Positions 36,038-47,643 of a DNA stretch of 48,075 bases are shown piece after piece. Each line of letters begins with the position of its first letter. Position 1 is the stretch's first letter. The notes beneath the pieces were generated by a model. The model saw only the letters and a list, made by a program, of their open reading frames with translations. It had not been told where the DNA came from and did not search any database. The DNA is from an uncultured Alphaproteobacteria bacterium (lineage in GTDB: Bacteria > Pseudomonadota > Alphaproteobacteria > VGEJ01), in NCBI GenBank assembly GCA_964446055.1, contig CAYUNL010000001.1:1-48075 (forward strand), given 5' to 3'. The position numbers and the translations under genes are program-made.

Positions 36038-37381
36038 CTATTTGCCTATGCAGAAATCCCTAAACACAACATCTAGTATGTCCTCAACATCAACGCGTCC
36101 GGTGATCCGTCCCAGGGCGCGGGCCGCCAGGCGCAAGTCCTCGGCCGCGAGCTCCGGCGCCGCGCCCATTTGGTAGCGGGCAAGGGAATCGAGGCACGAT
36201 TGGAGCGCATCGCGGTGGCGGGCGTGGGTGATGGCCGGCGCCGCGCCGGTGCCCACCCGCTGCGCGGCCGCGAGCTGCAATTGTGACACCAAGGAGTCGA
36301 GCCCGGCCCCGGTTCGCGCCGAGACCGGAATCGCTGTGCACCCGTTCACGGTCACCGCGCCGCTTGGCATATGGAGGTCGGTCTTGTTGAGGATGACCAG
36401 GGTATTGTCGTCCACCAGGCGCCGCGTTTCCCGCTCATCGCCACCGGCCGCAGAGGTGGCATCGAAGACCGCGATCTTGAGGTCGGCGCGCGCGGCGCGG
36501 TCGAGCGCTCGCCGCACGCCCTCGGACTCGATCTCGTCTGCGACCGCGCGCAGCCCGGCGGTATCGGCGAGGATCGTCGGGAACCCGGCAATGTCAAGGT
36601 GAACCTCGATTACGTCGCGCGTGGTGCCGGCCCGCGCCGAAACGATGGCGGCGTCGCGTTGCGCGAGGCGGTTGAGAAGGCTCGACTTGCCGACGTTCGG
36701 CGCGCCGACGATTACGACGTAAAAGCCCTCACGAAGGCGCTCGCCGCGGCGGTCGTCGTCGAGGTACCGGGCGATCGATTCATGCAGCGCCGAGATCTTG
36801 TGGCGTACCGATTCGGCTACCCCCTCGGGCAGGTCCTCGTCGGGGAAGTCAATGTCCGCCTCGGCGTGGGCGAGGGCGGCCACCAGCTCGGCCCGCCAGG
36901 CCTCGCACACCTCGCCCAGCTCGCCGTCGAGCTGGCGCAGGGCCTGGCGCCGCTGCGCCTCGGTCTCGGCATCCACGAGATCGGCCAAGCCCTCGGCCTG
37001 GGTCAGGTCGAGCTTGCCGTTGTCGAAGGCCCGGCGGGTGAAATCACCGGGCTCGGCGGGGCTCACATCGGGGCGCGCCGCCAAGACCTCAATCAAGGCG
37101 GCGAGCACCGCCGTGCCGCCATGGACATGGAACTCCGCAACATCCTCGCCGGTGAAGCTCGCCGGCGCCGGGAACCAGAGCACCAGGCCATCGTCGATCG
37201 GCCCACCGTCGGGATCAAAGACACGCGCCCGCGTTGCGACCCGCGGCGGGGGGATCGACGACCCGGTCAAGCCGCGAAGCGCGGGACCTGCCGCAGGCCC
37301 CGAGACGCGCACAACAGCGATCCCCGCGCGGCCGCCGCCGCTCGATAATGCGAAGATCGTTTCGGTTCCGTTACGGATCAA
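36038..37381 (-). CDS. mnmE: tRNA modification GTPase MnmE (TrmE)
   Basis: TIFALSSGGGRAGIAVVRVSG, G1 GAPNVGKSSLLN, DTAGLR, NKTD, C-terminal FCIGK. Confidence 0.96.
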   Translation of the reverse strand: MIRNGTETIFALSSGGGRAGIAVVRVSGPAAGPALRGLTGSSIPPPRVATRARVFDPDGGPIDDGLVLWFPAPASFTGEDVAEFHVHGGTAVLAALIEVLAARPDVSPAEPGDFTRRAFDNGKLDLTQAEGLADLVDAETEAQRRQALRQLDGELGEVCEAWRAELVAALAHAEADIDFPDEDLPEGVAESVRHKISALHESIARYLDDDRRGERLREGFYVVIVGAPNVGKSSLLNRLAQRDAAIVSARAGTTRDVIEVHLDIAGFPTILADTAGLRAVADEIESEGVRRALDRAARADLKIAVFDATSAAGGDERETRRLVDDNTLVILNKTDLHMPSGAVTVNGCTAIPVSARTGAGLDSLVSQLQLAAAQRVGTGAAPAITHARHRDALQSCLDSLARYQMGAAPELAAEDLRLAARALGRITGRVDVEDILDVVFRDFCIGK

Positions 37382-37515
37382 GGTGCGGGCACGGCTATCG
37401 TTTCGCCCCCGTTACGACCCCTCGGCGGCGCTTGCCGCTGTCGCCGGTCGGTGGCGCAGGGTAGGATAGGGCCTGCGCGACCGCAACCGAGACCATCAGT
37501 TCCCCCCCCACCCCC

Positions 37516-39545
<2,030 letters not shown>

Positions 39546-39549
<4 letters not shown>

Positions 39550-39998
39550 AGTTGTCCCAACTCTCGCTCGATTCGCCGCTCGGCCCGATCACCGTGGCCG
39601 AAGCCGACGGCGCCATCGTCGCGCTGAACTGGGGCGGCGCCGAGAACGAGACGGTGACGCCGCTTCTCGACGAGGCGCGGCGCCAGCTGCAAAACTATTT
39701 CGCCAGCGGAACGAAAGCCTTCGACCTGCCATTGCGCCCGGCCGGCACCGCTTTCCAGCGTCGGGTGTGGCGCGCGATACGCGCGATCGGGCCGGGGCGC
39801 ATGCGCAGCTATGGGGCGCTGGCGCGGAGCGTTGGCAGCGGGCCGCGCGCGGTGGCCGGCGCCTGCGCCCGCAACCCGATCGGCATCATCGTCCCGTGCC
39901 ACCGCGTGGTCGCTGCGGGCGGCCTCGGCGGCTTCTCGGCGCCCGGCGGCGTGGCGACCAAACGCGCGCTCTTGCGGCTCGAAGGACTGGCGGTCTAG
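39546..39998 (+). CDS. ogt: Methylated-DNA-protein-cysteine methyltransferase
   Basis: GTG 39546 forms a GTGA overlap with the yyaL stop, in frame with track ORF 39369..39998. [14 protein letters not shown], and active site IIVPCHRVV. Confidence 0.88.
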
Positions 39999-40291
39999 TC
40001 CGGCTTGGCCGCTGGGCCCGAGTCCAGCGGTGAGGCAGTTCGCCGGTGCTCGTAGTAGTGCCGCAGGACGCGGTTGATCAATGTCTGGTATCGCGGTTTG
40101 GAGCGAAACCACGCCAGCATGTCGGCGTCGAGCCGGATCGAGATGCGATCCTTCGTGGGGGTCACTACGTCGGCATCGGCCCAGAACTCGGAGTCGGTCG
40201 CCGGGATGTCGATGAAGTCGATCTCCTGGTCCGACATTCGGCGCAGTTTCTCAACCTCAGCCGCGGTAGTTTTCGTATGCTTGTCGTTCAT
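39995..40291 (-). CDS. brnA: BrnA-family antitoxin
   Basis: Start MNDKHTK (40291) overlaps the brnT end by 35 nt; MSDQEIDF (40237) is an alternative. DFIDIPATDSEFWADADVV, ISIRLDADMLAWFRS..YQTLINRVLRHY match the BrnA pattern. Confidence 0.8.
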   Translation of the reverse strand: MNDKHTKTTAAEVEKLRRMSDQEIDFIDIPATDSEFWADADVVTPTKDRISIRLDADMLAWFRSKPRYQTLINRVLRHYYEHRRTASPLDSGPAAKPD

Positions 40292-40529
40292 TGCGATTGG
40301 CCTTTCGGGCGGATATGACGCGGATCGACTCGCCTCGCATTGTGTAGGCGATGGCAATCACCACGTTGTCGATCTCCCCGAGTGCGAGCCAGCGTTCCTC
40401 GCCGTAGTCGAACCGCGTATCGTTTCTTCGCAACAACGGCCCGCCGAACGCGCCAACCGCCGTTTCGAAGCTAATCCGGTGTTTGGCTAAGTTGGCCGCA
40501 CTCTTCGCCTCATCCCATTCGAACTCCAT
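40257..40529 (-). CDS. brnT: BrnT-family ribonuclease toxin (DUF497)
   Basis: Start MEFEWDEAKSAANLAKHRISFETA (ATG 40529, in frame with track ORF 40257..41330). IRVISARKANRNERQAY. Toxin-first gene order is typical of BrnTA. Confidence 0.85.
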   Translation of the reverse strand: MEFEWDEAKSAANLAKHRISFETAVGAFGGPLLRRNDTRFDYGEERWLALGEIDNVVIAIAYTMRGESIRVISARKANRNERQAYENYRG

Positions 40530-40539
40530 ACACTTTGAA

Positions 40540-40557
40540 TATAGACGTTTGTCTATA
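40540..40557. promoter_or_regulatory. Palindrome immediately upstream of brnT (candidate BrnTA operator)
   Basis: TATAGAC-GTTT-GTCTATA, 11-28 nt upstream of the brnT ATG, in an AT-rich stretch. Confidence 0.45.
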
Positions 40558-40646
40558 CGGTACAAGCGCGTCGGATAAGCTGCGCCCGAGCCCGTGACAA
40601 GGCGCCCCGGAGGCAAGTATGTTCCGGGCAAATGGGGAGGTGCACG

Positions 40647-41345
40647 ATGGCGGGGACGGAGGTCACGATCGCTGGGCCGGACGGAGGGTTCGGCGGCTAT
40701 TTGGCGAGACCCGAGGGCGGTGTTGGGCCTGGCGTGGTCGTCATTCAGGAGGTCTTCGGGGTCAACCCGGTGATGCGCGGGATCACCGACAGTTTGGCCG
40801 CGGAAGGATTCGCCGCTTTGTGCCCCGACCTCTTCTGGCGACAGGAGCCGGGGCTCCAGCTTAGCGACCAAAACGAAACCGAGCTGGCGCGCGCCTTCGA
40901 GCTCTTTCAAGGGTTTGATTTCCCCGCCGGCGTGCGCGACGTCGCCGCGACGCTCGATCACCTGCGCAGCGAGGACGCCTGTACCGGGACGGTCGGCGTG
41001 GTCGGCTTTTGCCTCGGCGGGCTCTTGGCCTATCTCGCCGGCACCCGAACCGCGACCGATTGCGCGGTCGGCTACTACGGCGTTGGCATCGAACAGAAAC
41101 TCGACGAGGCGACCAACCTGACCAAGCCGCTGATGCTGCACATCGCCACCGCCGACGAGTTCGTGCCCGAGGAGGCGCAGACGGCGGTACGCGGCGACCT
41201 CGGCACCAACCCGCTGGTCACGATCCACGAATACGAGGGCTTGGGCCACGCCTTCGCTCGCCGCGGGGGCGATCACTACGACGCCTCCGCGGCCGCGCTC
41301 GCCAACGGGCGCACCTACGACTTCCTCCACGCCAACCTAGGGTAG
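40647..41345 (+). CDS. Dienelactone hydrolase family protein
   Basis: ATG 40647 is preceded by GGGGAGG. GYLARPEGGVGPGVVVIQEVFGVN, nucleophile elbow VGFCLGG, C-terminal GLGHAF. Confidence 0.88.
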   Translation: MAGTEVTIAGPDGGFGGYLARPEGGVGPGVVVIQEVFGVNPVMRGITDSLAAEGFAALCPDLFWRQEPGLQLSDQNETELARAFELFQGFDFPAGVRDVAATLDHLRSEDACTGTVGVVGFCLGGLLAYLAGTRTATDCAVGYYGVGIEQKLDEATNLTKPLMLHIATADEFVPEEAQTAVRGDLGTNPLVTIHEYEGLGHAFARRGGDHYDASAAALANGRTYDFLHANLG

Positions 41346-41350
41346 AGGCA

Positions 41351-42328
41351 ATGGCAAGGGCGATTCGCATCCACCAAACCGGCGGCCCCGAAGTGCTGGT
41401 GTGGGAGGACGTCGAGGTCGGCGATCCCGGGCCCGGCGAGGCGCGGGTGCGGCATACGGCGGTGGGGCTCAATTTCATCGATTGCTACTTTCGCTCGGGC
41501 ACCTACCCGCCGCCGGCGTTGCCGTTGGTACTGGGATTCGAGGGTGCCGGCGTGGTCGAAGCGGTGGGCGAGGGCGTGGACGTGGTCAAGGCCGGCGACC
41601 GGGTGGCCTATGCGACGGCGCCGATCGGCGCCTACGCCGAGGTGCGGCTTGTGCCCGCCGACAGCCTCGTCGCGCTGCCCGCGGATCTTGGCGATGCCGA
41701 CGCCGCGGCGGTGCTGCTGAAAGGCTTGACCGCGCACTACCTGTTGCGCCGCACCTTCGAGGTGCAGCCCGGGCAGACCATCGTGGTACACGCCGCGGCC
41801 GGCGGGGTCGGGCTGATCGCCTGCCAGTGGGCCAAGCACCTGGGCGCCACCGTCATCGGCACCGTGGGCACGGCCGCCAAGGCCGAGCTTGCGCGCGCGC
41901 ACGGGTGCGACCATGCGATCGTGACGGCAGCGGAATCCTTCGTCGAGCGCGTCGACGAGATCACCGCCGGCGCCGGCGTGCCGGTGGTCTACGATTCGGT
42001 GGGACGGGACACCTTCATGGGCTCGCTCGACTGCCTAGCACCGCTCGGCACCATGGTGTTGTTCGGCCAGTCCTCGGGCGTGGTCGAACCGCTCGATCCC
42101 GGCTTGCTGGCGGCCAAGGGCTCGCTCTACCTCACCCGCCCGACCCTGTTCACCTACACCGCGACGCGCGAGGCGCTGGCCGCGGCGGCGAACGAGCTGT
42201 TCGCCGTGGTCGGCTCGGGAGCGGTCAAGATCGAGGTCAAACAGACCTACGCACTGTCCGAGGCGGCCGCGGCGCACGCCGATCTGGAGGCGCGGCGGAC
42301 CACGGGATCGACCGTCCTGTTGCCGTAG
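41351..42328 (+). CDS. qor: NADPH:quinone oxidoreductase (zeta-crystallin/MDR family)
   Basis: Start MARAIRIHQTGGPEVLVWEDV (ATG 41351). GLNFIDCYFRSGTYP, nucleotide-binding VHAAAGGVGL. Confidence 0.9.
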   Translation: MARAIRIHQTGGPEVLVWEDVEVGDPGPGEARVRHTAVGLNFIDCYFRSGTYPPPALPLVLGFEGAGVVEAVGEGVDVVKAGDRVAYATAPIGAYAEVRLVPADSLVALPADLGDADAAAVLLKGLTAHYLLRRTFEVQPGQTIVVHAAAGGVGLIACQWAKHLGATVIGTVGTAAKAELARAHGCDHAIVTAAESFVERVDEITAGAGVPVVYDSVGRDTFMGSLDCLAPLGTMVLFGQSSGVVEPLDPGLLAAKGSLYLTRPTLFTYTATREALAAAANELFAVVGSGAVKIEVKQTYALSEAAAAHADLEARRTTGSTVLLP

Positions 42329-42352
42329 TCTGGACCCGAGCGCCGCGAGCGC

Positions 42353-43609
42353 TCAGGTATTCATTGACTCGAAGAACTCGGCGTTGACCTTGGTGTGCTT
42401 GAGCTTGTCGAGCAGGAAATCCATCGCATCGACCGTGCCCATGGGCGCCAGGATGCGCCGCAGCACCCACATCTTGGCGAGCGTGCCCTTGTCGACCAAC
42501 AGCTCCTCCTTGCGAGTGCCCGACTTGGTGACGTCGATGGCCGGCCAGGTGCGTTTGTCGGAGAGCTTGCGATCGAGGATGATCTCGGAATTACCGGTCC
42601 CCTTGAACTCCTCGAAGATGACCTCGTCCATTCGGCTTCCGGTGTCGATCAACGCCGTGGCGATGATGGTGAGCGAGCCCCCTTCCTCGATGTTTCGCGC
42701 GGCTCCGAAGAAGCGCTTGGGACGCTGCAGCGCGTTCGAATCGACGCCGCCGGTCAGCACCTTGCCCGAGGACGGCACGACGGTGTTGTACGCCCGTGCC
42801 AGGCGGGTGATCGAGTCGAGCAAGATCACCACGTCGCGCCCCGATTCGACCAGCCGCTTGGCCTTTTCGATCACCATCTCCGCGACCTGGACGTGGCGGA
42901 CGGCGGGCTCGTCGAAGGTCGAGGAAATGACCTCGCCCTTGACCGACCGTTGCATGTCGGTGACCTCTTCGGGCCGCTCATCGATCAGGAGCACGATCAG
43001 GTAAACGTTGGGATGATTGGCGGCGATCGAGTGGGCAACGCTTTGCAGGATCATCGTCTTGCCGGTCCGCGGGGCGGCCACGATCAGGGCGCGCTGGCCT
43101 TTGCCCAAGGGCGCGATGAGATCGATGACGCGGGCACTGGTCTCGCCCTTCTCGGCGCTCTCATCTTCGAGCATCAACATGTCTTCGGGGTAAAGCGGCG
43201 TTAGGTTGTCGAAGTTGATCTTGTGCCGCGTCTTCTCGGGTTCGTCGAAATTGATGGTGCCGACACGGAGAAGCGCGAAGTAACGCTCGCCCTCCTTGGG
43301 CGCACGGATCTGCCCATCGATGCTGTCACCGGTGCGCATGCCGAAACGGCGGATCTGGCTCGGCGAGACATAGATGTCGTCGGGGCCGGGCAGATAGTTC
43401 GACTCGGGCGCGCGCAAGAAGCCGAAACCGTCCTGAAGGATCTCCAGGACACCGCCGCCCGATATCTCGACGTCCTGCTCGGCAAGCTGCTTGAGGATCG
43501 CGAACATCATGTCCCGCTTGTGCAGGGTGGCGGCGTTCTCGACGTTCAGCTCCTCGGCGTAATTGAGAAGCTCCGCGGGTGACTTGTGCTTCAGTTCAAG
43601 AAGGTTCAT
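42353..43609 (-). CDS. rho: Transcription termination factor Rho
   Basis: Start [15 protein letters not shown] (ATG 43609). RNA-binding [14 protein letters not shown], Walker [35 protein letters not shown]. 263-nt upstream leader. Confidence 0.97.
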   Translation of the reverse strand: MNLLELKHKSPAELLNYAEELNVENAATLHKRDMMFAILKQLAEQDVEISGGGVLEILQDGFGFLRAPESNYLPGPDDIYVSPSQIRRFGMRTGDSIDGQIRAPKEGERYFALLRVGTINFDEPEKTRHKINFDNLTPLYPEDMLMLEDESAEKGETSARVIDLIAPLGKGQRALIVAAPRTGKTMILQSVAHSIAANHPNVYLIVLLIDERPEEVTDMQRSVKGEVISSTFDEPAVRHVQVAEMVIEKAKRLVESGRDVVILLDSITRLARAYNTVVPSSGKVLTGGVDSNALQRPKRFFGAARNIEEGGSLTIIATALIDTGSRMDEVIFEEFKGTGNSEIILDRKLSDKRTWPAIDVTKSGTRKEELLVDKGTLAKMWVLRRILAPMGTVDAMDFLLDKLKHTKVNAEFFESMNT

Positions 43610-43872
43610 GGGACCATGCTTGGCTAGCCGCAGGCGCGGATATGGTAGGGGGAGGGGCGGCGGTCGGACACATCCGACGAGCCACATCGGCCGCGAGCGG
43701 CGAGGGGTGAAGATGTCGAGAAGTTACGCGGATGCCCTATGACCCGCTGTGGAATGCATCAAGGATTGACCAAAGACGGCGACAAGTCAAACAGAGATTT
43801 TATGTACTTTCTCTAAACGGCAGACGGGCTTTTACGAGATTCTGCGAACCGGCGAGGGCGACTAGCCCCGGA

Positions 43873-44319
43873 CTAGAACGGCTTGACGACCACCATGATG
43901 ACGATGCCGATCAGCAGCACCGTCGGCACTTCGTTCGCCAGGCGGTAAAAGCGGGCGCTACGGCGATTTCGATCGGCCGCAAAGTCGCGGCGCCAGCGGG
44001 CATAGAACGCGTGCGCGATCTGCATGGCGATCAAGAGCCCGAGCTTGACCCATACCCAACCGGCGTCCCAGTCGATGGTTCCGGTGCCCAGCGCCATGGC
44101 CAAGCCCAGCACCCAAGCCACGATCATCGCCGGGTTAAGAATGACGCGAAGTAGCCGGCGCTCCATGACCTTAAAGGTCTCGGACTGGATGCCGCCCGGT
44201 TCGGCCGCGCAGTGGTAGGCATACAGGCGCGGCAAGTAAAGCATGCCCGCCATCCAGGCCACGACCGCAACGATGTGGAACGCTTTTAGCCACTCGTACC
44301 AACCGGAGAGTGCGTCCAT
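43873..44319 (-). CDS. hemJ: Protoporphyrinogen IX oxidase HemJ
   Basis: Start MDALSGWYEWLKAFHIVAVVAWMAGMLYLPRLYAYH (ATG 44319). 4 TM helices, about 148 aa. Directly downstream of hemH. Confidence 0.85.
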   Translation of the reverse strand: MDALSGWYEWLKAFHIVAVVAWMAGMLYLPRLYAYHCAAEPGGIQSETFKVMERRLLRVILNPAMIVAWVLGLAMALGTGTIDWDAGWVWVKLGLLIAMQIAHAFYARWRRDFAADRNRRSARFYRLANEVPTVLLIGIVIMVVVKPF

Positions 44320-44324
44320 TCCGA

Positions 44325-45368
44325 TTACCCTTCTTCCCCGGGCGGCAGTCCGCCATGGGGACAGCGTCCGCAGCTGCGCGGACAAAGGCGGCCACCAACC
44401 TCCGAGACCGTTCCCTCGGTCCCCGCGCCCTCGCGCGCCAGCGTCGCCAGCGCCGCGACAAACGCGGCTTCGGTGCCGAGCGCCGGCACACGGTGGTAGC
44501 CCGGAACGCCGGCGCTCTCGGCTACTCCTCGGTACAGCACGTCGAGCTCATAGAGCGTCTCGGAGTGCTCCGAGACGAAGGCGATCGGGACCACGACGAC
44601 CGGGACACCCTCGCCGCCAGCGCGCCGAATCTCGTCCTCGGTCGCCGGCCCAATCCAGCGCAGCGGGCCGACCTGGCTTTGATAGCAGACCACCCAGTCC
44701 TCGAGACGAGCCGCCTCGGCAACCGCCGTGGCCATCCGCTCGACCTGCCAACGATAAGGATCACCGCCAGCGACGATACGTTCGGGCAGGCCGTGGGCCG
44801 AGAACAACACGCGGGCCGTCCCAGTCGCCTCGAGCTGGCCTCGCACCAACCGCGCATGCGCCTCGATGAGTCCGGCGGCGGTCGGGTAGCAGCAGATGCT
44901 TGCTGTCGGGGCGGTGATGCCCTCGGCCCGCGCGGCCCGCCGCCAGGCGATCAGCGAGGAACCGGTGGTGGTGGTCGAGAACTGCGGGTAGAGAGGCAGG
45001 AGGACGATACGGTCGGGCCGCCACGCCGCGACCTCGCGCGCCGTCTGGGTGCTCAGCGGGTGCCAGTAGCGCATGGCGATGAAGACCCGGAACACCTCAT
45101 CGCCGTCGAGCGCGCCGTCGAGCGCACGCGCCTGCGCCTCGGTGTTGGCCAGGAGCGGCGAGCTGCCCCCCAGCGTTTCGTAGATCTTGGTGGCCGCGGC
45201 TGCCCGACGTCCGGCGATGAAGTGGGCGAGCGGCCAGCGCGCGATCCACGGTCGGCCGATGATCGCGGCATCGTTGAAGAGATTGAACAGGAACGGCCGC
45301 ACCGCCTCCGGGCGGTCGGGCGCGCCAAGGTTGAGAAGGACAATCGCGATCCGCGCCGCCTGGGCCAT
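44325..45368 (-). CDS. hemH: Ferrochelatase
   Basis: IAIVLLNLGAPD, FSAHGLPE, PIAFVSEHSETLYELD. Cys-rich C-terminal extension. Confidence 0.95.
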   Translation of the reverse strand: MAQAARIAIVLLNLGAPDRPEAVRPFLFNLFNDAAIIGRPWIARWPLAHFIAGRRAAAATKIYETLGGSSPLLANTEAQARALDGALDGDEVFRVFIAMRYWHPLSTQTAREVAAWRPDRIVLLPLYPQFSTTTTGSSLIAWRRAARAEGITAPTASICCYPTAAGLIEAHARLVRGQLEATGTARVLFSAHGLPERIVAGGDPYRWQVERMATAVAEAARLEDWVVCYQSQVGPLRWIGPATEDEIRRAGGEGVPVVVVPIAFVSEHSETLYELDVLYRGVAESAGVPGYHRVPALGTEAAFVAALATLAREGAGTEGTVSEVGGRLCPRSCGRCPHGGLPPGEEG

Positions 45369-45373
45369 CGCGA

Positions 45374-46426
45374 TCAGGTTTCCGCGGCGCCGCGCCGGAC
45401 GCGGGAGACCAGGTCCGCCACATGCTGGGGCGGGGTCTGGGGCAAGATGCCGTGTCCGAGGTTGAAGACGAAAGGGCGAGCCCCCAGTGCCTCGAGAACG
45501 GCATCGACCTCGGCATCGAGCGGAGCGCCGCCGGCGACCAGGGCGTGGGGGTCAAGATTGCCCTGTACCGCGCAGCCCGGGCCGATCGCGGCCGCGGCCC
45601 ACGTCGCCGACATCGCGGTGTCGATGCCGACGCAGCTAACCCCGGTTTCGGCGGCGTAGTCGGCAAGCAGCGGTCCAGCCCCGCGTGGAAAACCGATCAC
45701 CGGCACCTCGGGGTGCGCCTCATGGACCCGCCGCACGATCTCGGCAGTTGGCGCGATGCAGCAGCGCCGGAAGCCGTTCTCGGACAGCACCCCGGCCCAG
45801 GAATCGAATAACTGCAACACCTCGGCGCCGGCATCCACCTGTCCGATCAGGTACTCTGCGGTTGCCGAAACCAGCAGGTCCATTAGCTGAGCGAATCCCT
45901 TGGGTTCGCTGTACGCCCATGCCCTTGCCGCACCGAACTCGCGGCTTCCACGTCCTTCGATCATGTAGGCGGCAACCGTCCACGGGGCACCCGCGAAGCC
46001 AATCAACGTTGCCCCTTCGCATACTTGGGGCAGCGCCGCGGCGACACGCTGAACCGTCTCGTAGACGGGTGCCAGATGATCTCCGATCCGGTCGCCATCA
46101 AGGCGCTCGATATCATCAACCGAGGCCAGGGCTTCCAGCACCGGTCCCTGGCCCTCTTCGAAGGCGACCCTCTGCCCGAGGGCGTCAGCAATCAGTAGAA
46201 TGTCCGCGAACACGATCGCCGCGTCAAGTTCGAAGCGCCGCAGCGGCTGCAAGGTTACCTCTGCCGCGAGGGCTGACGAATAGCAAAGGTCGAGGAAGCC
46301 GCTTGCTTGCGCACGGACCTGCCGATACTCCGGAAGGTAGCGCCCGGCTTGGCGCATGAGCCACAGCGGCGGTGGACTCAGCCGCTGGCCGCGCAAGACT
46401 GTCAACAGCGGTTTGTCCATTCTCAT
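45374..46426 (-). CDS. hemE: Uroporphyrinogen decarboxylase
   Basis: PPLWLMRQAGRYLPEYR signature. 350 aa (start 46426 or 46420). Confidence 0.96.
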   Translation of the reverse strand: MRMDKPLLTVLRGQRLSPPPLWLMRQAGRYLPEYRQVRAQASGFLDLCYSSALAAEVTLQPLRRFELDAAIVFADILLIADALGQRVAFEEGQGPVLEALASVDDIERLDGDRIGDHLAPVYETVQRVAAALPQVCEGATLIGFAGAPWTVAAYMIEGRGSREFGAARAWAYSEPKGFAQLMDLLVSATAEYLIGQVDAGAEVLQLFDSWAGVLSENGFRRCCIAPTAEIVRRVHEAHPEVPVIGFPRGAGPLLADYAAETGVSCVGIDTAMSATWAAAAIGPGCAVQGNLDPHALVAGGAPLDAEVDAVLEALGARPFVFNLGHGILPQTPPQHVADLVSRVRRGAAET

Positions 46427-46524
46427 ATTCTTCTAAGAGGAATAATACTAAGATTCTGTAGTAGTAGTAGTTGATGCCTGTGAAAGACGGGGGTTCTCGG
46501 CGCAGGAAAAAGGTGGGATTATTT

Positions 46525-46533
46525 GGTGGATGA
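46525..46533 (-). promoter_or_regulatory. DnaA-box-like 9-mer
   Basis: Reverse complement TCATCCACC, 7/9 to TTATCCACA. Confidence 0.4.
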
Positions 46534-46796
46534 GATGTAGGTCCGCTCGACGTGTGAGTAAGAGTGTGGAGCGCCGCGAACGGTCTAGGCCACACCGCGC
46601 TTGCGGTCAACTTTGCCTAGGGTGTGAGACACGGTAGCGAGAGCATAGTGCGAGTGGTTTGCTCGGTTGTCCCCAGCTTTGATTGGCTGTGGGGTAGCTT
46701 GGCGCGCGCCGATGAAACGCGGGATGAAGGAAGCCTATTCGGGGATGAAAGAACGCGGTCGTGGCGAATGCCAGAATTGTCCCCGCGGATCGCGAA

Positions 46797-46805
46797 CTAT
46801 CCACC
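46797..46805 (+). promoter_or_regulatory. DnaA-box-like 9-mer
   Basis: CTATCCACC, 7/9 to TTATCCACA (core TATCCAC intact). Confidence 0.45.
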
Positions 46806-46830
46806 GTTCAGGCGAAACCGAAGCAACCCG

Positions 46831-47643
46831 ATGAGCTCATTCCATCTCCATCTCGTTTCCGACGCGACCGGTGAGACCGTAAACACCCTCGCCAAGGCGG
46901 CCCTGGTTCTCTTCGACGTGGTCGCGGTAAACCAGCATGCGTGGACCCTGGTGCGCAACGAGGCCCAGCTTCAGGGTGCCATCCGCGGCATCGCCGAGGA
47001 GCCCGGGCTGGTGGTGTTCACATTCGTGAACCGGTCGCTGCGCGATACGCTTGAGGCGGCATGCCGCGACCTCCAAGTTCCCTGCGTCGCGGTGCTCGAC
47101 CCGGCCGTTTCGGCAATGGCAAGCTACTTCGGTGCGGTGAGCAGCGATGAGCCCGGCCGCCAGCACGCTATGAATGCCGCGTACTTCGGCCGCATCGACG
47201 CGATGGATTTTTGCCTGGCCCATGACGATGGTCAACGAACGGCCGACCTTGAAAACGCTGACGTGGTGGTGGTCGGGGCCTCCCGAACCCCGAAGACCCC
47301 GACATGTCTCTACCTCGCCAACCGCGGCATCAAAGCTGCGAACGTGCCCGTTGTTCCCGGGATCGCACCTCCCGCGGCGCTCGTGACACTCGATGGACCG
47401 ATGATTGTGGGGCTAACCACTACCGCCGACCGCTTGTTGCAAGTGCGGCGCGCGCGGCTTTTGGCGCTCAGGCAGGAGGCCGGGACCGAGTACGTCGACG
47501 CGCTGGCGGTACGCGAAGAGCCGGCCGCGGCACGTAAGCTGTTCGAGCGCTGTGGTTGGCCGGTGATCGACGTCAGCCGCAAGGCGATCGAGGAGACCGC
47601 GGCCGCGATCCTGAGCTTGTACGCCGAGCGGGACGCCGCGTGA
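46831..47643 (+). CDS. Pyruvate, phosphate dikinase / PEP synthase regulatory kinase-phosphorylase (DUF299, the RP001-type origin-flanking gene)
   Basis: Start MSSFHLHLVSDATGETV (ATG 46831, in frame with track ORF). P-loop VVVGASRTPKTPTCLYLA. Confidence 0.9.
   Translation: MSSFHLHLVSDATGETVNTLAKAALVLFDVVAVNQHAWTLVRNEAQLQGAIRGIAEEPGLVVFTFVNRSLRDTLEAACRDLQVPCVAVLDPAVSAMASYFGAVSSDEPGRQHAMNAAYFGRIDAMDFCLAHDDGQRTADLENADVVVVGASRTPKTPTCLYLANRGIKAANVPVVPGIAPPAALVTLDGPMIVGLTTTADRLLQVRRARLLALRQEAGTEYVDALAVREEPAAARKLFERCGWPVIDVSRKAIEETAAAILSLYAERDAA

Larger units (their letters stand above)
46427..46830. other. oriC: Candidate chromosomal replication origin (oriC) in the hemE / DUF299 intergenic gap
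   Basis: 404-bp non-coding gap between divergent hemE and the DUF299 gene, the conserved alphaproteobacterial origin position. First 50 nt (46427-46476) are about 30% GC by hand count, including (GTA)4 at 46458-46471. DnaA-box-like 9-mers occur at 46525-46533 and 46797-46805. Three GATGAA repeats are present. Confidence 0.7.

Noticed and set aside
42338-42354. Short GAGCGC / GCGCTC hairpin between qor and the rho stop, considered as a bidirectional terminator
   Set aside because: Only a 6-bp stem, no U-tract on either strand, and it overlaps the rho stop codon.
46427-46830. Track ORFs crossing the hemE / DUF299 gap (46224..46610 minus, 46607..46804 minus, and 46624 onward plus upstream of the DUF299 Met)
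   Set aside because: Translations lack motifs. The DUF299 homology starts exactly at MSSFHLHLVSDATGE (46831). The region is better explained as non-coding origin DNA.
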